Source: a virus
Length of the DNA: 64,000 nt
Virus record (IMG/VR): IMGVR_UViG_3300044769_000253
Coordinates: 15,549 to 79,548 of that record
Strand: one strand, 5' to 3'
Shown here piece after piece: positions 8,956-18,030 of this stretch (the stretch's first letter is position 1; every line of letters starts with the position of its first letter). The translations under genes were made by a program, and so were the position numbers. A model generated the notes under the pieces. The model searched no databases, was not told where the DNA came from, and saw nothing but the letters and a program-made list of their open reading frames with translations.

Positions 8956-9937
8956 CCTGCGCGCTCCGTTTCCGTACTTCGGCGGAAAGCGTCGGGTTGC
9001 CGACGTCGTGTGGCGCGCCTTCGGCCCGGACGTGCCGAACCTGGTGTGGGGCTTGTGCGCTTGGATCGGTGGCGGCTGGTGTGTCGAGCCGAACACAGCG
9101 CACGGCAAGGCGCGGAACCTCAAGGCGGCGGTGCGCCCACGCATAAGCGGCGATAACGCTGGCGATGGGGTCCATTCCGAGCGCGGCGGTGGCGCGCTGC
9201 GTGGGCGGCCACGTCCGAACCTCAACAGCGGTCAGGGTGTTCACGCGCCTGGACTGCTCACCCTTCCCGAGAAGCTCCCCATGTTGGCCGTCAAGGCCGA
9301 TGGTGCGTGTGCCGGTCGCGGCATTCACTCGGACGCGGCCGTCGAGGCGCATTCGCCAGGCCGACGGCCCGACATCGGCTCAGGCGTTGGAAAAGGCATG
9401 CACCTCCCATCCCTCGGCAACGATCGTGGCATCCACGGCGTGAGCGGGACGTTCATCCATGCCCTCCGCGAACTCGCGGTCCCCGACGCGCCCCCGTGCT
9501 TCGCATGGTTCCAAGCGCTGGCGCTCAGGCTCCGACGCGTTCGCGTCGCGTGCGGTGACTGGAAGCGAGTACTCGGTGACTCGGTGCTCGGCAAGGGGAA
9601 GAACGTCGGCGGGCGCCGCCCCTGTGCTGTGTTCCTCGATCCGCCCTACGGCCACGAGTTCCGCGATCCGTACCTCTACAGCGAGGACGACCCAGCGGTC
9701 GCGGCGCTGGTCCGTGAGTGGGCGCTCGAGCACGGGGACGATCCGGATCTGAGGATCGCGCTCTGCGGCTACTCGGGCGAGCACGAGATGCCGTCGAGCT
9801 GGACGGAATACTCATGGAAGGGCGCGCGCGGGTACGCTGCCGAGGGGAACACGAATCGCGAGCGAGAGCGGATCTGGTTCAGCCCACACTGCCTTCCTCT
9901 CGAGGCGCAACGCGGGCTTTTCGAGGTGCGAGCATGA
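8948..9937 (+). CDS. Dam-like (D12 class) adenine methyltransferase, apparently internally deleted
   Basis: PFPYFGGKR and VFLDPPY present; no EPFxG SAM-binding motif after GPDVPN. Confidence 0.7.
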   Translation: MADLRAPFPYFGGKRRVADVVWRAFGPDVPNLVWGLCAWIGGGWCVEPNTAHGKARNLKAAVRPRISGDNAGDGVHSERGGGALRGRPRPNLNSGQGVHAPGLLTLPEKLPMLAVKADGACAGRGIHSDAAVEAHSPGRRPDIGSGVGKGMHLPSLGNDRGIHGVSGTFIHALRELAVPDAPPCFAWFQALALRLRRVRVACGDWKRVLGDSVLGKGKNVGGRRPCAVFLDPPYGHEFRDPYLYSEDDPAVAALVREWALEHGDDPDLRIALCGYSGEHEMPSSWTEYSWKGARGYAAEGNTNRERERIWFSPHCLPLEAQRGLFEVRA

Positions 9938-10614
9938 GTTCGACGAGCCGAGGCGCACAGCGCAACGCCGATGATTTCTACGAGACCCCTGCATGGGCGA
10001 CGCGGGCGGTGCTGCGCACGATCCCCTGGGAAGGCGACTGCAGACCGCACATCCTAGAACCGATGGCCGGGCGAGGGATGATCGTGCGTGAGCTGCGGGT
10101 ACGCTGGCCAGACGCCGTGATCACGGCATGCGAACTGGACCCCTCTCGTGCCAGTTGTCTCACGCAGGCCGGGGCCGATCACGTTCTGGTTGGGGACCTC
10201 TTCCAGCAGCAGTTCTCTTCGAAGTTCGATCTCTGCATCGGCAATCCGGCGTTTTCGCTGGCGATGCCCACAATCGAGCTTGGCATGAAGTGGTCCGTAC
10301 AGACGTCGCTGCTTGAGCGGTTGAACTACCTCGGCAGTCAGGACCGAGCGCCATTTTGGCGTAAGCACCCGCCCGACCTGCTGATCCTTCCGCGCCGGCC
10401 GAGCTTCGCGGCCTCGATGAAGTGTAAAGCGCGAGCCGGAGCCGCCGGATCCTGCGGGTGGAAAGCCACGTTCATGCTCACGGACGAAATGCCGCGCGTC
10501 TGTCCAGGATGCGGCTGCCAGGTCAGCAAGGTGACCACCGATTCCGTGGAGTACGCCTGGTTCTCTTGGGGACCACGCGGCGGCGGCACGTGGGCGATAG
10601 GAGACATCGCGTGA
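9934..10614 (+). CDS. N6-adenine DNA methyltransferase with Zn-finger insertion
   Basis: FYETP, ILEPMAGRG (motif I), IGNPAF (variant motif IV), CGWK...CPGCG insertion. Confidence 0.72.
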   Translation: MSSTSRGAQRNADDFYETPAWATRAVLRTIPWEGDCRPHILEPMAGRGMIVRELRVRWPDAVITACELDPSRASCLTQAGADHVLVGDLFQQQFSSKFDLCIGNPAFSLAMPTIELGMKWSVQTSLLERLNYLGSQDRAPFWRKHPPDLLILPRRPSFAASMKCKARAGAAGSCGWKATFMLTDEMPRVCPGCGCQVSKVTTDSVEYAWFSWGPRGGGTWAIGDIA

Positions 10615-11009
10615 AGAAGATCGCCTCGTTCTGCCTCCCCCTTGAGCTCTGTCCGACAACGAACGCCACGATCGGTGCGCACTGGAGCCGCGTCTCCAAG
10701 CTCCGAACGCAGTGCTACCAGGCGATGCTGCCGCAGTACGCGAGGCAATTCGGCCGGATGCCACCAGCTGGGATCACCGAGAGCCCAGGGCACCGTGTGA
10801 TCATCTGCACGCGGCACAGCTCGAGCCAGCCGGACCGGCACGCGAACTGGAGCAAAATACCGATCGACGCGCTTTCGCGTCGGACTCAGGAGCGGCCCCA
10901 CCGGCTCAGTCTGATTTGGGACGACGCCGAGGCGTTCGCGACCGTTGAAGAGCATTGGGAGCGCGCGCCGATGCGCGGGGGTTTCTGCACGATCGAGGTG
11001 TTCGAATGA
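10611..11009 (+). CDS. RusA-like Holliday junction resolvase
   Basis: PDxxxNxxKxxxDAL...IWDD acidic pattern; GTG 10611 overlaps upstream TGA. Confidence 0.55.
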   Translation: MKKIASFCLPLELCPTTNATIGAHWSRVSKLRTQCYQAMLPQYARQFGRMPPAGITESPGHRVIICTRHSSSQPDRHANWSKIPIDALSRRTQERPHRLSLIWDDAEAFATVEEHWERAPMRGGFCTIEVFE

Positions 11010-11248
11010 CTCGCCGCGAGCAACTGGACTGCTACCTCGGCGCCGTCGAGCGCCGCATGGAGCGAGCCGCGCAAACGTTCGGCGAACGTAGCTACTCGCG
11101 CGACCCACTCGAACTCGTGCGCGAAGTGAAAGAGGAACTGGAGGACGTTGCAGGCTGGGCGTCGATTCTATGGGCGCGACTCGACGATATCGAACGCGTG
11201 TTGGAAGCGCAGTTGAAAATCTCTGGAAAAGGAAGCACACCACCATGA
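11006..11248 (+). CDS. small helical hypothetical protein
   Basis: ATGA-coupled; EELEDV motif weakly MazG-like. Confidence 0.5.
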   Translation: MTRREQLDCYLGAVERRMERAAQTFGERSYSRDPLELVREVKEELEDVAGWASILWARLDDIERVLEAQLKISGKGSTPP

Positions 11249-11616
11249 CCGAGAACCTCCCCACGATTCGCCATTGGCTTCGGCAGACCTCTGCTTGGCT
11301 GGAGGTGACCGCCAACGTCGAACGTGTGTTCGGCGTGCCGGTCGACGCGCTGCTCTCGACGGCGCGAACAAACTCGGTATGCCTCCCACGCTTCGCCTGT
11401 TTCTGGGCTCTGCGAGAGGTGCACGGCTGGTCCTATCCGGACATCGGTGCAGCCTTCGCGCGGGACCACTCGACCGTCATGGGAGGGCTGAGGAGCCTGC
11501 AGCGGCGCGTCGAGCGCGATAGACGACTCGGTGAGCGCCTCGAACTGCTGAGACCACGGTACAACGCACTGGTCAGCACGGCGCGGCGCATGCGCGTTGC
11601 AGAGGTGGCGTCGTGA
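11245..11616 (+). CDS. stand-alone DnaA domain IV (helix-turn-helix) protein
   Basis: FGV..DAL...R...V..PR...W..R....SYPDIG..F.RDHSTV matches the DnaA C-terminal signature. Confidence 0.75.
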   Translation: MTENLPTIRHWLRQTSAWLEVTANVERVFGVPVDALLSTARTNSVCLPRFACFWALREVHGWSYPDIGAAFARDHSTVMGGLRSLQRRVERDRRLGERLELLRPRYNALVSTARRMRVAEVAS

Positions 11617-12137
11617 ACGAACCAAAAACCCGCTTCTACAACGTCCCGCGCGAGAAACACGAGGGGTGGGCCCGCATCTGGATCAGCGACGACGGCTGTT
11701 TCACCACGATCAGCGACTTCGGCAACTACGGTTATTGGTGGGGCTCCCCAGGGTGCGAATTCCGCGAGTTCCTCTGCGGCTGTGACGAAAGCTACCTGAT
11801 GGGAAAGCTCGGAATGGGGCGCCGAGAGTGGGACGAGGAGGCGACCAAGAAATCAATTGAGCGCGAGCTGAAGCGCCTACACGACGACGGAGGAGAGGAC
11901 ACGCGCGAGGAGCTCGCGTTGCTTGCCGAGGCTGACCTGTCCAGCGAGGCGGGCTTCGTGCGCTGGGTCGATGCGAGCGGAGACAGTGGCGAACGATTGA
12001 GCCGTCTAATGGATTCGGTCTACTGCGGCGAACTGGCCCAGTATCAGCCTCCCGTGCAACTGCAGATGTTCGTCAAACACATCTGGCCGCGGTTCGTCGC
12101 ACAGCTGCGGGCTGAAATCGCGACGGAGGCAGCATGA
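11613..12137 (+). CDS. hypothetical phage protein
   Basis: GTGA coupling; ISDFGNYGYWW motif. Confidence 0.6.
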   Translation: MNEPKTRFYNVPREKHEGWARIWISDDGCFTTISDFGNYGYWWGSPGCEFREFLCGCDESYLMGKLGMGRREWDEEATKKSIERELKRLHDDGGEDTREELALLAEADLSSEAGFVRWVDASGDSGERLSRLMDSVYCGELAQYQPPVQLQMFVKHIWPRFVAQLRAEIATEAA

Positions 12138-12313
12138 CCGCCCCACGACTCACCGAGGCCGAGCTGGCGGAGCTGCAGTCTGCGGTTGAGCTGCTCTGCA
12201 AGCCGCTGAACATGCTGGAGCGGATGGAGCGAGACCTCATGGTGGCGAACCAACGGATAGCGGAGCTGGAGCGGCAACTGGCCGAGTGCCGAGCGAGGAG
12301 TGACACCAGGTGA
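12134..12313 (+). CDS. small coiled-coil protein
   Basis: ATG 12134 to TGA 12313, overlapping both neighbours. Confidence 0.45.
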   Translation: MTAPRLTEAELAELQSAVELLCKPLNMLERMERDLMVANQRIAELERQLAECRARSDTR

Positions 12314-13491
12314 TCAACATCAAAGAGGAGTTCGTCGGCGGCCCGAAGTTTCTTCGAGCGCGAGAGCTTGGAGGGGATAGCGCGATCGTCCTCTGGCTCT
12401 GCCTGAAGGCCTACGCCGCTGCGAATCCGACGGACGGGTTCATCCCTGACGAAGACCTGGACGCGTTGCCAGGGCTGCCGAAGAGGCACAGAAAGCTGAT
12501 CCGGGCACTGCTCGAGTGCGGACGCCTTGGGCCGGACGGGATCCGTGGAGCCGGTCTCGTTGAGCGGACCGAGTTCGGTTGGCAGCTCCACGACTACCTG
12601 GACCACGCGATGAGCGCCATAGAATTGGAGTCGCGAAAGGAGAACGAGCGGACCCGCAAGGCGCTGTTTCGGGCGAAGACGTTCACAGGACCATCAGTCT
12701 ACGTGATGCGACGGGCGAGCGATGGGGCCTACAAGATCGGGTTCTCGGAAAACCCAGTGGACAGACGGCGCACGGTTCAGTCTGAAGAGCACTGCGCCGT
12801 GGAGTTGATCGGCCATGTGCGCGGCAGCTTGCGCGACGAAGGGCTACTTCACGCGCGTTTTGGCAAGTATCGCATTGGAAAGTCGGAGTGGTTCCATCCA
12901 GAGCCGGAGATTTTATCTATCCTTCAGAGACCCCGAGGACAACCCCAACCCCAATTCCAATTCAACCCCGAGGACAACCCCGAGGCTGAGCTCGGGGTAG
13001 TACCCCGAGGCGATCCCGCGCGAGCGGGCGCGCCCGCGCGCGCTCGCGCGCGCCCGTCCCAGCCCAGCCCAGCCCAACCGATCCGATCCGATCCAGAGTC
13101 TGGAACCTCCTCCGCTGAAGACCTGACAGGTAGCGCGCGCGCCGATGGGCCAGCGGAGGAGGGGGGTCCCCCGAAGCGCGATTCGCTCCGGCGGAAGCCA
13201 AAGGCCAGCCCGCTCACGCACGCCGACTTCCTCCAGCTCGAGATCGATAACCCAGGCCTGTCGCGAGCCTTCGCCGAAGCTGCGGCCACAGATTGGCTGT
13301 CGGAGCCTGATGCTAGGCAGGAAATGTTCGGTCGGCAGTGGCGAATCGTAGCGCTGAAGGTCGTTCGGTCAGCCTGGCGGAACGAGAGGCGCCGGCGGGA
13401 GCTCTTGGCGAAAATCGGCGCCTCTCCGCCGCCGCTCGACGCCGCAGGCCTGATCGCTGAGGCAGAAGCATTGGAGGCGCAGGGCCTATGA
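12310..13491 (+). CDS. putative replication initiator with embedded GIY-YIG (T5orf172/MUG113-like) domain
   Basis: N-terminal helical domain ending W.LHDY; VYVM...YKIGFS.NP..R...E..LH.RF...R....EWF; low-complexity linker; precedes helicase-loader-like gene. Confidence 0.62.
   Translation: MINIKEEFVGGPKFLRARELGGDSAIVLWLCLKAYAAANPTDGFIPDEDLDALPGLPKRHRKLIRALLECGRLGPDGIRGAGLVERTEFGWQLHDYLDHAMSAIELESRKENERTRKALFRAKTFTGPSVYVMRRASDGAYKIGFSENPVDRRRTVQSEEHCAVELIGHVRGSLRDEGLLHARFGKYRIGKSEWFHPEPEILSILQRPRGQPQPQFQFNPEDNPEAELGVVPRGDPARAGAPARARARPSQPSPAQPIRSDPESGTSSAEDLTGSARADGPAEEGGPPKRDSLRRKPKASPLTHADFLQLEIDNPGLSRAFAEAAATDWLSEPDARQEMFGRQWRIVALKVVRSAWRNERRRRELLAKIGASPPPLDAAGLIAEAEALEAQGL
12930..13010. 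repeat. iteron-like repeats, candidate replication origin
   Basis: ACCCCGAGG at 12930, 12965, 12977, 13002; inverted CTCGGGGT at 12991; neighbouring AT-richer patches. Confidence 0.55.
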
Positions 13492-14135
13492 AGCCTTCGG
13501 AATGCACGCGTCTGCTCGCGGTGGTCTTCGGTGGGTTCCCCCACGCGAAGCCGACCCCAGAGACCATCGAAGTCTATCGCGGCCTGCTGCTGGATCTGGA
13601 ATTCGATGTCGCGCAGAAGGCCGTGGCCAGAGTACTCGCGCTGCCGCGGGAGTTTCCGCCGAGCATCGGGCACATCCGTTCGGCGGTCGCGGATCTGATT
13701 CACGGTCCCGTCCGCGCTGGCGGCGAAGCCTGGGCCGACGTCAAGCAGGCAATTCAGCGTGTGGGTGGCCGATGCTATCCAGAGCCCGCATTCGCCGACC
13801 CTGTGGTCAGCACAACCGTCAACGCACTTGGGTGGCGTCAACTCTGGAACGAGCAGAATGAAACCGCAGACCGGGCTCGGTTCATCGAACTCTACGACAA
13901 GCTGGCGGCTCGGCGTCGAGCTGACGTCGCGTCGGGCATCCCGCTGCCGGAGCCAGAGGACCAGGCCGAACTGCCGCCTGCGCCGCAGCCACGTCGCCTG
14001 CGCGCGACGCAACCAGACCACCCAGCGCTTCCGGCATTCGCGCCAACGACTCAGCCACAGCGGCCGGAGTTTCAACGCAGGATGACCGCCGAGGAACTCG
14101 ACGCGGCGATCGAAGAAAAGGCAGGCACGCCGTGA
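13488..14135 (+). CDS. helicase loader/inhibitor-like protein (G39P-like N-terminus)
   Basis: LLA...FP....Y..LL.DL.....KAV......FPPSIGHIR, EAW; position after initiator. Confidence 0.6.
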   Translation: MKPSECTRLLAVVFGGFPHAKPTPETIEVYRGLLLDLEFDVAQKAVARVLALPREFPPSIGHIRSAVADLIHGPVRAGGEAWADVKQAIQRVGGRCYPEPAFADPVVSTTVNALGWRQLWNEQNETADRARFIELYDKLAARRRADVASGIPLPEPEDQAELPPAPQPRRLRATQPDHPALPAFAPTTQPQRPEFQRRMTAEELDAAIEEKAGTP

Positions 14136-14428
14136 GCATCGACCCGTCAGCGATCCGAGGAATCACGATCTGTACCTGCTCGATGGGTCCATGCGAGAAG
14201 CACCGCCCTCACCGACCATCGGAAGCTGAGCAGGAACGCGCCGAACTCGTGGCGCGGGCCAATCAGGTGCCCGGGCTCACCGCGGCGCTCGACGAGGCCC
14301 GCTGGAAGCTCGCGAAGGCCAAGGATCTGGCGGCCAGGATCATTGCGTTCGAGCGCGAGTGGGCATCCGAAGGTCTGCCGGTGCAGATCGAGCAATGGGA
14401 GCGCGAACTCGCGGAGCTCGACCAATGA
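14132..14428 (+). CDS. hypothetical protein
   Basis: GTGA/ATGA coupling. Confidence 0.5.
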   Translation: MSIDPSAIRGITICTCSMGPCEKHRPHRPSEAEQERAELVARANQVPGLTAALDEARWKLAKAKDLAARIIAFEREWASEGLPVQIEQWERELAELDQ

Positions 14429-14610
14429 GCGACGAGCGCTTCACGCCCGAGGAGCAAGCGTACCCGTATCGAGGGCCCTACCGGAGCCCCGATCCAGATC
14501 CACCACCGAACCCAAGAGGGCGGCCGAGCGCCGAAGAGGTCGAAGAGCATCTGCGGGAGTACCGCCGTCGGATGGGCATCCCAGAGCCAAAGCCGAAGGA
14601 GCAGCCGTGA
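14425..14610 (+). CDS. small Pro-rich hypothetical protein
   Basis: ATG 14425 coupled to neighbours. Confidence 0.4.
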   Translation: MSDERFTPEEQAYPYRGPYRSPDPDPPPNPRGRPSAEEVEEHLREYRRRMGIPEPKPKEQP

Positions 14611-14951
14611 AAAGTGGCAAGGGCGCGCAGCAACTTGTCGAGCTGTTGGATCGTCGCAACGCAGTACGCGACGAGCTGGAGGCGGTCTCGGGTACGGGTG
14701 ACGCGGCCCGGAAACATCGGCGCAAGCTGCAAGAGAAGCTCTCCAAACTGCGGACCCAGATCGATCAGGCGCGGTCAGAGGCACCGCGTGAGCGATTCTG
14801 CACGCACCTCCGCTTTCGGCGGAAGGTACGCTACGAGAGCAGTGACGCGGCGCGAGCGGCTCCCGTGAAGGAAGGCCTGCGGCTGACGGTCTATCGGTGC
14901 GAGTACTGCGACGGATGGCACCGAGCGAAGGAGACCAATGGAAACGCCTGA
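14607..14951 (+). CDS. hypothetical protein with C-terminal Zn ribbon
   Basis: VYRCEYCDGWH. Confidence 0.55.
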   Translation: MKSGKGAQQLVELLDRRNAVRDELEAVSGTGDAARKHRRKLQEKLSKLRTQIDQARSEAPRERFCTHLRFRRKVRYESSDAARAAPVKEGLRLTVYRCEYCDGWHRAKETNGNA

Positions 14952-15609
14952 AGAACTTGCACGACTCACCGAGGCCGAACTGGCGGAGCTCGAGCGCTTG
15001 CTCCAGCACGATGGCAGCCATCGAATCCTGCTCCCGGTGCTGCTTGCTCGCGCCCCCCGCCTCATCGCCGCCGCCCGGCTGGCCAATGAGCAGACTGCGG
15101 AAGCGTGCGAGAATCTCCAGCTGGCAACCGACCTATCCGAGAGTCTATCCGAGGCGCAAGCCACGATCGAATGTTTGGGCAAGAGGGCTCAAATGATCAT
15201 GTCCGGCGAGTCACTGCGCCTGCTCGTAACTGGCTCGCGCGATTGGACAGACCGTCGCCTGTTGGAGTCTGCACTCGATGGCATCGTCCAATGGCTCTTC
15301 ACCGACGTCGTGCCCATCGTGGTGCACGGTGCGTGTGAAACAGGCGCGGACGCGATGGCGGACGAGTGGGCGCGCAGTCGAGGCTATTGGCGTGAGCCGC
15401 ATCCGGTTGTACGAGAACATGGTCCGTGGCCGGCGGCTGGTCCACGCCGCAACCGCGAGATGGTCGAAGCTGGCGCGCGCGTGTGCGCGGCGTTCCGTCT
15501 GCACGGAGAGCCCAACAAGGGCACCACCGACTGCTTCAAGCAGGCCATTCGCGCCTGCATAGCAACGCTGGTTGTAACCATGCTCATCCGGTTGTCTCCC
15601 AACGGGTAA
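14938..15609 (+). CDS. SLOG/DUF2493-family protein; last codons read into the IS1595 left end
   Basis: LLVTGSRDW, VVHGAC.TGAD, AGPRRN.EMV, KGT.DC. Confidence 0.72.
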   Translation: METPEELARLTEAELAELERLLQHDGSHRILLPVLLARAPRLIAAARLANEQTAEACENLQLATDLSESLSEAQATIECLGKRAQMIMSGESLRLLVTGSRDWTDRRLLESALDGIVQWLFTDVVPIVVHGACETGADAMADEWARSRGYWREPHPVVREHGPWPAAGPRRNREMVEAGARVCAAFRLHGEPNKGTTDCFKQAIRACIATLVVTMLIRLSPNG

Positions 15610-15658
15610 GGGTTTCGCGCACTTACGAACAATCGACCTAGCGGCGCGCATTATCCGG

Positions 15659-15686
15659 TTGACGCCCACGATTCTATCCGTATACT
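15659..15686 (+). promoter_or_regulatory. sigma70-type promoter inside the IS
   Basis: TTGACG, 16 nt, TATACT; GAAAGGGA RBS before ATG 15757. Confidence 0.6.
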
Positions 15687-15756
15687 GCATAGACATTGAG
15701 CGGCCCGGTGCAGCGCAAACTGCCCGGGCCCAGCCAGAATCGAAAGGGACTCTGAC

Positions 15757-16128
15757 ATGAACACTGTAGCAGCCGACGCCATCGACCGCAGCATCAGCCA
15801 CACCGAGATCGTCACGATCGACTACGACAGCGACGCCGCCAGCGACCTGTCTGCCGCCAGCGATGACAGCGTCGAGGCCAACGGCCTGACCGAGTATTGG
15901 GGTACGGACGACGACGGCAACGAGTGGCGCGTCCACATGCGCGATGAGGTCCGCGGCGGTGCCGGCTACTACGCCGTGGACACGGGCGACGGCAACGAGC
16001 TGTGCAGCGGCTTGGCGCCCGAGATCGCGCGCAAGGCTGCCCAAAGCCATGCTGATCGTCTCGGTGAGAGCGTCTACCTGTACGAGGTTGGCAGCGACGA
16101 CGAGCCCGAAGAAATCGAGCCGGCGTGA
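15757..16128 (+). CDS. small, highly acidic IS passenger protein
   Basis: 123 aa, about 30 D/E vs about 7 K/R by my count; own promoter and RBS. Confidence 0.7.
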   Translation: MNTVAADAIDRSISHTEIVTIDYDSDAASDLSAASDDSVEANGLTEYWGTDDDGNEWRVHMRDEVRGGAGYYAVDTGDGNELCSGLAPEIARKAAQSHADRLGESVYLYEVGSDDEPEEIEPA

Positions 16129-16179
16129 GCGGTGCGCGGCTGGGCCCTGGTTCGCCGGGGCCCACTGCGAGGTAACACC

Positions 16180-17241
16180 ATGAGCCCCGCCCAAACGCAC
16201 GACGTGCACCGCGGGGCCTTGCCCTTACCGCGATCGCTGCCCGAATTCCAGCGCCTGTTTCCCGACGACGCGGCGTGCGGCGCGTACCTTGAGCGGTGCC
16301 GCTGGCCCGAGCTGTTTCGCTGCCCCGCGTGCGGCGTGGGCGGCGACCCGTTTCGCTTCGCGGCTCGCCCTGGCGTGCTGCGTTGCCGGGCCTGCCGCAA
16401 GGACACGAGCCTCACGGCGGGCACCATCATGCACCGCACGCACAACCCGCTCAGCACGTGGTTCTGGGCCGCCTACCTGGTGAGCACGCAGACGCCGGGC
16501 ATGTCGGCCACGCAGTTCGCGCGGCAGCTGGGCCTGACCCGCTACGAGACGGCGTTTCAGATCTTGCACAAGCTCAGGGCCGCCATGATCCGGCCGAACG
16601 TGGATCGCATCGGCGGCGAAAACGTGGTGGTCGAGCTGGACGAATCGCTGGTCGGAGGCGCCACCCGAGGCGAGGGGCGAGGCGTCCACCACAAAGTGTA
16701 CCTTGCCGGCGCTGTGGAGAGCCTCCAGCGCGCTCCGGCCGCGGACGGTGGCAAGCTGGCCAAGAGCAAGCTCCGACGCAATGGCACCTACGCCGGGCGC
16801 CTGCGATTGCGTGTCCTGCCCGACCGCACGGCGCCGGGCCTGCTCGGGTTCGCTCGCGAGTCGATTGCTCAGGGCTCGTTCGTCCGCACGGATGACTTCC
16901 CGGGGTACGCGCAGCTCGATCTGGAGTGCGGCGTGCGCCATTCGCCCGTGGCCGAGCGCGGCGACCCTGCCGTAGCCGAGGCGCACCTGCCGCTGATTCA
17001 CCTGGTTTTCTCGAATTTCAAAGCTTGGTTGCAGGGGACTCATCACAGCGTTTCTCCGAAGCATTTGCAGGCGTATGCCAACGAGTACGTGTTCAGATTC
17101 AATCGCCGGTTCTATCCGTTCAACGGATTCCGATCTTTGCTGGGGCTCGCCGCGACGCAGGAGTCGATGACGTACGACGGTCTGTATTCCGACGAGTGCG
17201 TACATCCTGTCGCGGTCGGACCGTGGGAGTTAACCGGATGA
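16180..17241 (+). CDS. IS1595-family DDE transposase with N-terminal Zn ribbon
   Basis: CPACG...CRACR; VELDESLVGG; VRTDD..GY; HLQAYANEYVFRFNRR; stop lies in the right TIR. Confidence 0.92.
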   Translation: MSPAQTHDVHRGALPLPRSLPEFQRLFPDDAACGAYLERCRWPELFRCPACGVGGDPFRFAARPGVLRCRACRKDTSLTAGTIMHRTHNPLSTWFWAAYLVSTQTPGMSATQFARQLGLTRYETAFQILHKLRAAMIRPNVDRIGGENVVVELDESLVGGATRGEGRGVHHKVYLAGAVESLQRAPAADGGKLAKSKLRRNGTYAGRLRLRVLPDRTAPGLLGFARESIAQGSFVRTDDFPGYAQLDLECGVRHSPVAERGDPAVAEAHLPLIHLVFSNFKAWLQGTHHSVSPKHLQAYANEYVFRFNRRFYPFNGFRSLLGLAATQESMTYDGLYSDECVHPVAVGPWELTG

Positions 17242-17511
17242 GCATGGTTGTAACCGGGAGGCGCACCTGAACGTACACCTCGACGTCGTGCCATGCGGGT
17301 ACTGCGACCGCCGGGCAATCATGACCGTCAGGGTGGCGGGACCGACCGCGGTATCGCGACGGATCAAGCTCACCTATGTCGAGGATCGGTGTCTGCGGCA
17401 CCTGCAAGGCGAGCTCAGTCCAGAAGCTCGGATGGAGGCGCAGGCGGCGCGAAGCGCACGTGCGAATCCCCCTAGACGAGAGGCTGAGGCCGCGCAAAGG
17501 GTCGGAAGACG

Positions 17512-18030
17512 ATGATCGAAATCGACACCGAGAAGGTGGAGATAGAGGCGGTTACGCCGATTGTGCCGAGGGACGATCGAACGCTGCGTCTCGTCATCTC
17601 AAAGCGGCCCGACGAAAGGATGTGCGTGGAACACCAACTCGTGGTTGACCCGCACGCCCGGACCGTCTCGTGTGAGCGCTGCAAAGCCGCGCTCGATCCT
17701 TTCGATGCCATCTGGGAAATTGCCAAGCGACACGAGCGACAGTTTGCGTGGACCAAACACCGTCTGAAGGAGCTGAATGCGCTTGAAGCGCGAGTCGACG
17801 ATCTGAAACGACGCGAAACACTGGCGCGCGCCCGCCTTCGGCGGGCTGGCGGCGAAGTGCCTCAGAAGCACGAGCAGGACGAGCAGCTCGGCGGAACGCT
17901 GCGCGCGCGGATCGAAGACGGAAGGATCCGCGTGCACTTCGACAAGCGATGGACCGCAGAACAGGCGCGCGAAGGCGGAGCCGAGCTCGTGCTACTGGCG
18001 ATGAAGCTCGAAGCGGGAAGGGCCAAGTGA
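17512..18030 (+). CDS. hypothetical protein with CxxC and coiled coil
   Basis: VSCERC...LDPFDA; coupled to neighbours. Confidence 0.55.
   Translation: MIEIDTEKVEIEAVTPIVPRDDRTLRLVISKRPDERMCVEHQLVVDPHARTVSCERCKAALDPFDAIWEIAKRHERQFAWTKHRLKELNALEARVDDLKRRETLARARLRRAGGEVPQKHEQDEQLGGTLRARIEDGRIRVHFDKRWTAEQAREGGAELVLLAMKLEAGRAK

Larger units (their letters stand above)
15570..17255 (+). mobile_element. IS1595-family element with passenger gene
   Basis: 24-bp terminal inverted repeats GGTTGTAACCATGCTCATCCGGTT (15570-15593) and AACCGGATGAGCATGGTTGTAACC (17232-17255), 22/24 match; no target duplication seen. Confidence 0.85.

Noticed and set aside
15562-17263. Target-site duplication for the IS1595 element
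   Set aside because: Flanks (GCAACGCT / GGGAGGCG) are not duplicated
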